64,000 bases of DNA. It comes from Anaerolineales bacterium. Its GTDB lineage: Bacteria > Chloroflexota > Anaerolineae > Anaerolineales > UBA11579. Positions 56,865-64,000 of the stretch are shown piece by piece. Numbering within the stretch: the first letter of the stretch is position 1; each line of letters opens with the position of its first letter. The stretch is taken from contig JAFGDK010000103.1 in NCBI GenBank assembly GCA_016932165.1, positions 28,068 through 92,067 on the forward strand, given 5' to 3'. A model generated the notes under the pieces. That model ran no database searches and was not told the DNA's origin. It saw nothing but the letters and a program-made list of their open reading frames with translations. Made by a program: the position numbers and the translations under genes.

Positions 56865-58133
56865 ATGAAAAATCGGCTCTCTGTAATCCTCTTATTGATA
56901 TTGACACTTACAGCCTGTATCCCTACTAACAAGAACCCAGAAAATGGTGCCAACCCGCCACCAGACAAATCACCAACCAATCCAATCAAAACTCAGCCGT
57001 TTGGTACACAAGACACATCCCCTGCCGCCCAGCCAACAAATATGGGCGATAGCCTTGAAGTTTCCTGGGTCAAATCCTTCACCGGGCCGGACTATGGCGC
57101 TTTCTTTGATCTGATCCGGGCAGAGGACGACAACCTGATTGTCGTCGGGGCCACAAACCACCGCCATATGCCGCCATATTCAGGCGACTCGCTGATCCTC
57201 AAACTCTCACCTGCAGGAGAAATCATCTGGGAAAAGACCTGGGGCGGAGAGGGATATGAGCAAGCATGGGAAATTTCTCCGGCAGAGGATGGCGGCTATC
57301 TGATCTTTGGCGAGACAGATTCCTACGGCGCCGGTGACCGGGATTTCTTCCTGCTGAAAACAGATCAGGAGGGCATTCAAGAATCGTTTCGCACTTACGG
57401 CGGATCCCTTCGCGAGTGGCCCTTCGGGATGCTGTCTCTCTCTAACGGAGATCTGCTGCTCTATGGTCTCACAGAATTAGATGATGGAACCGGCAGGAAC
57501 GAATATGCTGTCAGAGTGGGAAATTCTGGCGATGTGATCTGGGAGCATATTGGTGAGGGCTTGGGAGAAGAGCTTGTATTGGATGCCCTTGAGATCAGGG
57601 AAAACGAGATCATTCTGGTTGTCAGTGCAGATGAAGACGCCAAACTGGTCACCCTGGACAAAGATGGACATTTGCTGCGGGAAAACCTATTTGAGATCCC
57701 CGGATGGCAGTACTTTTCAACAATTGCACCAATCGACGGGGGAGATTTAATTCTAGCTGGATTCTGGATGAAGGACGGACCACCGCGCCAGGCAGATACC
57801 TGGCTGATGCGCTGCACTTCAGATGCAAAAGTGATCTGGGAGAAGACGCTTGGAGATCCGAAAAATGATGATTATGCCCAGTCGCTGATCCGCCTGGCGG
57901 ATGGCAACTTCCTGATCGGGGGATTGGGAGAAGGGATGCCTCTGACGCTTGTAGATGAGCATGGGGGAATCCTCTGGCAGCAATCGCTGTTGGGATCAGG
58001 TGTTTATCTCGCTGATGCCCTGCTTGAACAGGAAGCGGGATTTCTGGCAGCCGGGTTTGTCCAACTGATTAACGGGCAGTCCTACGATGCTATTTTGGTT
58101 CAGATGAATTTGGAAGAGAAGTTGGGAGAGTAA
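56865..58133 (+). CDS. lipoprotein with SBBP-type beta-propeller repeats
   Basis: Lipobox LTLTAC. Repeated units of the form G.T.S.G.GD.D..L.K.D..G...W..T.GG (SBBP-like). Confidence 0.55.
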   Translation: MKNRLSVILLLILTLTACIPTNKNPENGANPPPDKSPTNPIKTQPFGTQDTSPAAQPTNMGDSLEVSWVKSFTGPDYGAFFDLIRAEDDNLIVVGATNHRHMPPYSGDSLILKLSPAGEIIWEKTWGGEGYEQAWEISPAEDGGYLIFGETDSYGAGDRDFFLLKTDQEGIQESFRTYGGSLREWPFGMLSLSNGDLLLYGLTELDDGTGRNEYAVRVGNSGDVIWEHIGEGLGEELVLDALEIRENEIILVVSADEDAKLVTLDKDGHLLRENLFEIPGWQYFSTIAPIDGGDLILAGFWMKDGPPRQADTWLMRCTSDAKVIWEKTLGDPKNDDYAQSLIRLADGNFLIGGLGEGMPLTLVDEHGGILWQQSLLGSGVYLADALLEQEAGFLAAGFVQLINGQSYDAILVQMNLEEKLGE

Positions 58134-58224
58134 ACCAACCCGGGTAAATTTCTCATTGATCCCACCCCACCCAATTAGCATCCCTCGTGACTCGCAAGTG
58201 GCTGCCAATCAGTACGGCGTCTGA

Positions 58225-58521
58225 GAACATAAAAGCCAACATCATCCGTCACAGGGTGCCTGCTTTCTAAAACCCATTACCTTCTGATCCCATTCGTACA
58301 AGCACCTCATTCTGATCCACAAGCTTGTCTGCGGGGATCAGATTATCCGCCAACGCTTCGCCATTCAGGGTAACCGATGCAACTCCTTTGCATATACCTT
58401 CCGGATTCTGCACCTCAATATGTACCCACTTGCCCCGGAATCGGCGCACCGCCTTGAATCCCTTCCAATCCGAGGGGATGCACGGGTCAATCCGCAAGCC
58501 GTCAATCTCAGGCCGGATACC
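58225..58521. repeat. ~297-bp near-identical tract (about 95% identity by eye) shared with 60724-61020, covering the 3' ends and 3' UTRs of the two GH94 genes
   Basis: Direct comparison of the two regions shows only ~15 mismatches over ~297 nt, whereas the rest of the genes is diverged. Confidence 0.8.
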
Positions 58522-60672
58522 GAGGATGTACTGGGTAGCTGAATAATACGCCCAGGAAGCCGCACCGGTCAACCAGGAGGTACGAGCATTCCCCGCCCGC
58601 GGCGAGAAAGTTGAATAAGTCGTTTGGGCCTGCACGTAAGGCTCGCTCTGTCGCACCTCTGCCCGGTGGTTGTAGGCTGCCGGCATACTCGCCCGGAAGT
58701 ATTTATAAGCCCGGTCGCCGTTTCCGGTGATGCACTCTGCCATCACCCCCCAGCCCTGGGTATGGTTGAAGATCCCAGCATTCTCCTTGATCCCAGTGAG
58801 ATAGACCACAGAGCGCATCACATCCACCGGGGTCGTGACGAAAGGCGGCGCAGCCAGCATCAACCCATACGGAGTGAAGAGTTCATCTTCCACCACCTGC
58901 AGGCATTTTTCAGCCTGTTCCGCCGTAGCCGCCCCGCTGAGTACTGCCCAAACCTGGGTATTCAAGTAGATCTGGCCCTCTTCATACTCTCTTGTGCCGT
59001 AAACCGTGCCGTCGTCTCCAATCGCCCAGATGAACCACTCCCCGTCCCAGGCAATCCGCTGGATAGCCGCGTCCAGCAAATCGCGTTGGGCTTCTGCCCA
59101 GGCTTTCTCCACCGGCTTATCCAGCCTCTCAGCAATCCCGGCATACTCGGTCAGCCCCAGGCGAAGCTGGAAGGCCACAAACAGGCTTTCACCATAATAC
59201 CCCAGCCGCAAACAGTCATTCCAATCGGCCGAGAGGCCGCAGGGCAGACTGTGGGCGCCCATCCGTTCCAGGTTGAACTCCAGCGCCCGGCGCAGATGTC
59301 CAAAAACGGTATCCTGGCCCTGATCGGCATACGGCAGCACCTTGTTGTAGAAATCAACATCGCCGGTTTCTCCTACCAATGCTGGCACCGCGTTAAAGAA
59401 CCATAAGCAGTCATCCGAGCGGTATTCTTCCAACATAGGCGGTGATTCTTTACCTGGGGTGTGTTCAAAAGGCCTGATCACCGGAATCGCCCCGCCGTTG
59501 GCCAGCTGCCCGGTGAACATCAATTCCAGGCGCGCTTGCGCTTCTTCCGGAATAGCCGCTGCCACCCCCAGAATATCCTGCACTGAATCCCGGAAACCGA
59601 GCCCGTCTCGCTCGCCGTTGTACACCAGGCTGGCTGCCCGTGACCAGGCAAACGTGATCAGACAGTTATACACCCCCCACACATTCACGGTGTGATCGAA
59701 ATCCTCATCCGGCGTCTCCACCGACAGGCTCTCTAGTTTGGAATGCCAGTAATTTTTCAACCTGTGAAATTCTTGCTCTGCCCTTACCAGCGAACCAAAC
59801 TCAGCCATCTTCAACCTGCCAACCGTTCGGGCCTCGCCGACTCCCAACATCACCAGCAGCTGGCGGGATTCTCCGGGCTGAAGTTCTACATCAGCCTGCA
59901 ACGTGCCGCAGGCATTATCCCCATATGCCTCGCTGTTGGTGCACCGGCCTTTTACCACCACCTGCGGGTTGTGATAGCTGCCGTAGATGCCCAAGAAAGC
60001 TTCCCGGCTGATGTCATACCCGATCAGGTCAGCCCCTACCAGACCCATCCAGGTTTTCATCACACTATCACCCGGGTCATCCTCGTTAGAGGAGAGATGG
60101 TCGTGGATACCTATCCGGATGAGGTTATCCTCCATCTTACCGCGCACAATGAACAGCGAATACTGTAAGTTGACCCGGTCCTGGAATGTGATCCACTGAT
60201 TGGTGAACTCGCAGAACGAGAATATCGAAAGCTTACGCCTCACGTCGCTGGTATTGGTAACCTTCAAACGCCAATATTCAAAGGACTCCCCAAGTGGAAC
60301 AAAGTAAGTGCTTTCAGTTTCGATCCCGGCAAAGCGGCTCTCGATGATTGTGTAGGCGGTGCCATGCCGACAAACCGACTGATATTCCTCCAATGGCTTG
60401 CCCACCGGCTGCCACGAAGCAGACCAATAATCTCCCGATTCCTGATCGCGCAGGTAGAAGTACCTGCCCGGCTGGTCCATCGGGATACTGTTGAAATTCA
60501 ACCGCAGGAACCGACCGCGCGCCCCTGATTTATAAAACCCGTATCCGCCAGCGTTGTTCGTGATCACTGCGCCATACTCGGTGGAACCCAGATAATTGCT
60601 CCATGAAGCCGGGGTATCAGGCTGGGTGATCACATATTCCTTAGCCTGGTCATCAAAGTGTCCGTATTGCAT
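58267..60672 (-). CDS. GH94 glycoside phosphorylase (cellobiose/cellodextrin phosphorylase family), copy 1
   Basis: MQYGHFDDQAKEYVITQPDTPASWSNYLGS N-terminus is typical of cellobiose phosphorylase. ~800 aa. Start at the Met preceded by GAGGAG. Confidence 0.75.
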   Translation of the reverse strand: MQYGHFDDQAKEYVITQPDTPASWSNYLGSTEYGAVITNNAGGYGFYKSGARGRFLRLNFNSIPMDQPGRYFYLRDQESGDYWSASWQPVGKPLEEYQSVCRHGTAYTIIESRFAGIETESTYFVPLGESFEYWRLKVTNTSDVRRKLSIFSFCEFTNQWITFQDRVNLQYSLFIVRGKMEDNLIRIGIHDHLSSNEDDPGDSVMKTWMGLVGADLIGYDISREAFLGIYGSYHNPQVVVKGRCTNSEAYGDNACGTLQADVELQPGESRQLLVMLGVGEARTVGRLKMAEFGSLVRAEQEFHRLKNYWHSKLESLSVETPDEDFDHTVNVWGVYNCLITFAWSRAASLVYNGERDGLGFRDSVQDILGVAAAIPEEAQARLELMFTGQLANGGAIPVIRPFEHTPGKESPPMLEEYRSDDCLWFFNAVPALVGETGDVDFYNKVLPYADQGQDTVFGHLRRALEFNLERMGAHSLPCGLSADWNDCLRLGYYGESLFVAFQLRLGLTEYAGIAERLDKPVEKAWAEAQRDLLDAAIQRIAWDGEWFIWAIGDDGTVYGTREYEEGQIYLNTQVWAVLSGAATAEQAEKCLQVVEDELFTPYGLMLAAPPFVTTPVDVMRSVVYLTGIKENAGIFNHTQGWGVMAECITGNGDRAYKYFRASMPAAYNHRAEVRQSEPYVQAQTTYSTFSPRAGNARTSWLTGAASWAYYSATQYILGIRPEIDGLRIDPCIPSDWKGFKAVRRFRGKWVHIEVQNPEGICKGVASVTLNGEALADNLIPADKLVDQNEVLVRMGSEGNGF

Positions 60673-60723
60673 TCTCGACTCCTCAAGGTGGGGGAATAAT
60701 AATCTACCCCAATTGCTGAATGT

Positions 60724-61020
60724 GAACATAAAAGCCAGCATCATCTGTCACGATGTGCCTGCTTTCTAAGATCCATTACCCTCCGATCCCATTCGTACAA
60801 GCACCTCATTCTCATCCACAAGCTTGTCTGCGGGAATCAGATTATCCGCCAACGTTTCGCCATTCAGGGTAACCGATGCAACTCCTTTGCACGCACCTTC
60901 CGGATTCTGCACCTCAATGCGCACCTGCTTGCCCCGGAATCGGCGCACCGCCTTGAATCCCTTCCAATCCGAGGGGATGCACGGGTCAATCCGCAAGCCG
61001 TCCACCTCCGGCCGAATACC
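60724..61020. repeat. second copy of the near-identical GH94 3' tract
   Basis: See the 58225-58521 repeat entry. Confidence 0.8.
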
Positions 61021-63237
61021 CAATATCCATTGCGTGATCGCCACATAGTTCCAGGCAGCTGTCCCGGTCAGCCAGGAATTTTTGGCCTCACCATGTGTAG
61101 GCGCATCGCTGCCGGCGATCATTTGAGCGTAGACATACGGCTCACACTTGTGCACCTCACTGATCTCTTCACGATTTGATGGATTGATCCGGCGGTAATA
61201 ATCAAATGCCATCTCCGCCCGGCCAGCCACCGCTTCAGCGATCATGATCCACGGGTTGGTATGGCAAAAGATACCGGCATTCTCTTTATACCCCGGCGGA
61301 TATGACGAGATTTCCCCATATTCCAGGTAATACCGGGTATATGCCGGCTGGTGCAGCACAATCCCGTGCGGCGTGGACAGATACTTTGAAACTGAATTCA
61401 AGGCCTTTTCAGCCCTGCCGTTCTCCAGCCCCAACCCTGCCATGATGCAGATACCCTGCGGCTCAATGAAAATCTTGCCTTCTTCACACACTTTGGCCCC
61501 AATCGGTTTACCAAAATCATCGTATGCCCGACGGAACCATTCGCCGTCCCAACCAGCCGACCAGACCGACGCTTCGATTTCATCTATCGCCGAAGACAGC
61601 TTATTGATCTGGTGTTCATCACCCACATGGCGGGCGATCTGAAGCATCTCCTTGCTTGCCAGCACAAACAGCCCGGCAATGAAGACGCTCTCGGCCACCT
61701 TGCCGTCCTTGCTGGTCACCGTCTGGAACGATTGTCCTGGCTCAGAAGAAAAACAATTCAGGTTGAGACAGTCATTCCAATCCGCCCGGCCGATCAGGGG
61801 CAGGCCGTTTGGCCCGCGGCGGTCAATTGTATATAACAAAGCCCTTTGCAAATGATCATAGAGCGGCTGCTCGCTGCCGGGTTGGTTATCATACGGCACC
61901 GGCTCATCCAGGATTGACCAATCCCCGGTCTCCTTGAGATAAGCCGACACGGCTAAAACCAGCCACAGCGGGTCATCATTGAAATTACCGCCCACATCAT
62001 GGTTGCCGCGCTTGGTCAGCGGCTGGTATTGGTGATAGGCACCGCCGCTTTCCAGTTGGGTGGCCGCCAGATCAAGAATTCGCTCCCTCGCCCGTTCAGG
62101 GACCATCTGCACGAACCCCAACAAATCCTGGTTGGAATCCCGAAAACCCATCCCCCGCCCGATCCCGGACTCAAAATATGAGGCCGAGCGCGACATATTG
62201 AAAGTCACCATCGTCTGGTAGGCATTCCAGATATTGACCATCCGGTTGGTGTGTATATCAGGCGTTTTCACCTGGAAGATATCCAGCAGCTCCGTCCAGT
62301 TAGTCCTAAGCTCATGGAAAGCCGCTTGTACTGCCTCTGTTTGACAATATTTCTCAATCACCGGCAGTACGGTGCGCTTGTTGATCGTATTGCTGTTGGG
62401 CGGATCAAATTTCTGATCTCTGGGGTTCTCATGATAGCCTAAAAGGAAGATGATCTCTCTAGCTTCCCCCGGCGCAAGTTCAACCTTGATCTGCTGGACA
62501 CCCACTGGCTGCCAGCCGTGAGCGATTGATCCTCTCAATTTGCCTTTTTCCACACCCAGGGGCGCGTCCCAGCCCTGGTATGCACCCAGGAACGCCTCCC
62601 GCTGGGTATCAAAACCGATTACCGGTGTAGAGCAGGCCAGGAAGGCAAAATGGTCCCGCCGCTCACGGTATTCAGTCTTGTGGTAGATAACCCCATCCAG
62701 CACTTCCACCTCGCCGATTGAATAATTGCGCTGGAAGTTGGTAGCGTCATCCATCGCATCCCAAAGGTTGAACTCAACCGCCGAGAACACTGAAAGCAAC
62801 GCTGGTTCTGCCCGCTGATTGGTCAGCGCCAGCTGCCAGATTTCTAGGTTCTCACCCAGAGGGACAAAATAGCGGATTTGTGCCTCGATCTTCTTGTGGG
62901 CGGATTTTATTGTTGTGTACCCCAACCCGTGGCGGCATTCATAATCATCCAGTTGGGAACGCGTCGGCTGCCACGTTGGCGACCAGAAATCCCCCCCTTG
63001 GCTTCGATCGTCTCGGAGATAGATATACCGCCCGCTGCTGTCCAGCGGCGCATTGTTATAGCGGTAGCGGGTCAGGCGGCGCAGTCTGGCATCTTTATAA
63101 AACGAATACCCACCTGCGGTGTTTGAGATCAACCCAAAATAGGATTCAGAACCAAGATAGTTAATCCAGGGCAGTGGGGTATCCGGGCGTTTGATCACAT
63201 ACTCACGGTTCTTGTCGTCAAAATATCCAAATTTCAT
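60766..63237 (-). CDS. GH94 glycoside phosphorylase (cellobiose/cellodextrin/chitobiose phosphorylase family), copy 2
   Basis: MKFGYFDDKNREYVIKRPDTPLPWINYLGS N-terminus. ~50% identical to copy 1 except for a near-identical C-terminal tract. Confidence 0.75.
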   Translation of the reverse strand: MKFGYFDDKNREYVIKRPDTPLPWINYLGSESYFGLISNTAGGYSFYKDARLRRLTRYRYNNAPLDSSGRYIYLRDDRSQGGDFWSPTWQPTRSQLDDYECRHGLGYTTIKSAHKKIEAQIRYFVPLGENLEIWQLALTNQRAEPALLSVFSAVEFNLWDAMDDATNFQRNYSIGEVEVLDGVIYHKTEYRERRDHFAFLACSTPVIGFDTQREAFLGAYQGWDAPLGVEKGKLRGSIAHGWQPVGVQQIKVELAPGEAREIIFLLGYHENPRDQKFDPPNSNTINKRTVLPVIEKYCQTEAVQAAFHELRTNWTELLDIFQVKTPDIHTNRMVNIWNAYQTMVTFNMSRSASYFESGIGRGMGFRDSNQDLLGFVQMVPERARERILDLAATQLESGGAYHQYQPLTKRGNHDVGGNFNDDPLWLVLAVSAYLKETGDWSILDEPVPYDNQPGSEQPLYDHLQRALLYTIDRRGPNGLPLIGRADWNDCLNLNCFSSEPGQSFQTVTSKDGKVAESVFIAGLFVLASKEMLQIARHVGDEHQINKLSSAIDEIEASVWSAGWDGEWFRRAYDDFGKPIGAKVCEEGKIFIEPQGICIMAGLGLENGRAEKALNSVSKYLSTPHGIVLHQPAYTRYYLEYGEISSYPPGYKENAGIFCHTNPWIMIAEAVAGRAEMAFDYYRRINPSNREEISEVHKCEPYVYAQMIAGSDAPTHGEAKNSWLTGTAAWNYVAITQWILGIRPEVDGLRIDPCIPSDWKGFKAVRRFRGKQVRIEVQNPEGACKGVASVTLNGETLADNLIPADKLVDENEVLVRMGSEGNGS

Positions 63238-63450
63238 CTTGGTTCCTTCCACCTCACTGAGCGATCACTTCCATTTGCAGCCAATTATACAACCAGGCTC
63301 TCCAAGATGCGCTTATTCAATCGCCAGGTTTACACAGATGCAATCTGATTTAACTTTTGATACCAATTTGAGGGTAGATATATCCGATAAAGCTGCCAGA
63401 TTGAAAAACGGCTTGTGAATTACACGGCTGGATGGCAATCAAATCAACTA

Positions 63451-64000
63451 CTAATACCCAATATTCAACTGAAAATCATCGGAAGAAAGCGTCTTTTTAT
63501 CGAACAGGTCGGTGTGCAGGCCGCATTCAGTCTTGCCCTTGCCTGCCCAGCGACCAGCCCGGTCATCTTCACCAGGCTGCACCGCCCGGGTGCATGGCTT
63601 GCAGCCCACACTGGGATATTGCTCCACCGGCAACGGATGCTTAGGCAGGTTATAGTGATTGATGTAGGCGTCAATTTCAGCCCTTCTCCAGTTCAACATA
63701 GGCGCCACTCTGATCAGACCATCGCGCTTGATCTCCAGAATTTTCGCACTCGCCCGCTGATCTGTCTGATCCCGCCGGATACCGGTGATCCAGGCATCCA
63801 AGCCGGCGGTGGCGATCTGCATCGGCTGCACCTTGCGGATGTAGCAGCACAGGGTTGGGTTGGTCTCCGGCAAATCCTTTCCAAAGCGCTGCAGGAAGGT
63901 ATTCCAGCTTAAATCCCGCCGAAGATCGACAATGTTCAAGCCCCAGAGCTGCTCCAGCTGCTCCCTGAACATCAGAGTGTCCCAAAAATGATATCCCGTT
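63451..64000 (-). CDS. cysH: phosphoadenosine phosphosulfate / APS reductase family protein (CysH-like), 5' end outside the window
   Basis: C-terminal KTECGLH motif and a PAPS-reductase fold segment. The ORF is open to the window edge. Confidence 0.6.
   Translation of the reverse strand, partial: TGYHFWDTLMFREQLEQLWGLNIVDLRRDLSWNTFLQRFGKDLPETNPTLCCYIRKVQPMQIATAGLDAWITGIRRDQTDQRASAKILEIKRDGLIRVAPMLNWRRAEIDAYINHYNLPKHPLPVEQYPSVGCKPCTRAVQPGEDDRAGRWAGKGKTECGLHTDLFDKKTLSSDDFQLNIGY

Noticed and set aside
1-64000. Searched for mobile-element hallmarks (transposase/integrase ORFs, terminal inverted repeats, CRISPR repeats)
   Set aside because: None seen. The only repeats are the GH94 paralogue tract and short hairpins.

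Overview
This is a high-GC (roughly 55-60%) bacterial chromosomal window with no rRNA, tRNA, CRISPR array or transposase/integrase that I could recognise. Gene content and order suggest a Chloroflexota-like organism, but that is inference only. Positions 1.4-19.0 kb hold a complete minus-strand division/cell-wall (dcw) cluster: mraZ-rsmH-ftsL-ftsI-murF-mraY-murD-ftsW-murG-(CvpA/LysM membrane protein)-murC-murB-ddl-ftsQ-ftsA-ftsZ. murE is notably absent, and upstream of mraZ there are four GTGG(G/T) direct repeats at exact 10-bp spacing. Divergent from this lies a two-gene respiratory module: a NapC/NrfH-type membrane tetraheme cytochrome plus a lipoprotein octaheme cytochrome c with 8 CxxCH and no CxxCK. 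Further along are a DEAD-box helicase, two hotdog thioesterases, glmS, a GlpD-like dehydrogenase and a DUF2231 + PSCyt1 mono-heme lipoprotein pair. The most unusual locus is a tightly packed minus-strand operon at 28.6-32.9 kb with its own near-consensus promoter. It encodes two paralogous two-TM SPFH/band-7 (HflK/C-flotillin-like) proteins followed by a 418-aa protein whose C-terminus is a LexA/UmuD-type S24 autopeptidase domain fused to an unrecognised ~280-aa N-terminal domain. A DUF2779 nuclease-like gene and a thioesterase sit immediately upstream on the same strand. Other content: a methyltransferase-GH3 (adenylating amido-synthetase-like)-7TM/GAF/HD-GYP operon, ettA, a Cys-less thiolase (Ltp2-like) + DUF35 + acyl-CoA synthetase + ACAD cluster, and a glycan-utilisation-like region. 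That region holds secreted lipoproteins (one with a PKD domain and three tandem novel Cys-containing repeats, one DUF885, one SBBP beta-propeller), a GH3 beta-glucosidase, an SDR and two tandem GH94 phosphorylases sharing a ~300-bp near-identical 3' tract that looks like gene conversion. The window ends in a truncated cysH-like gene.
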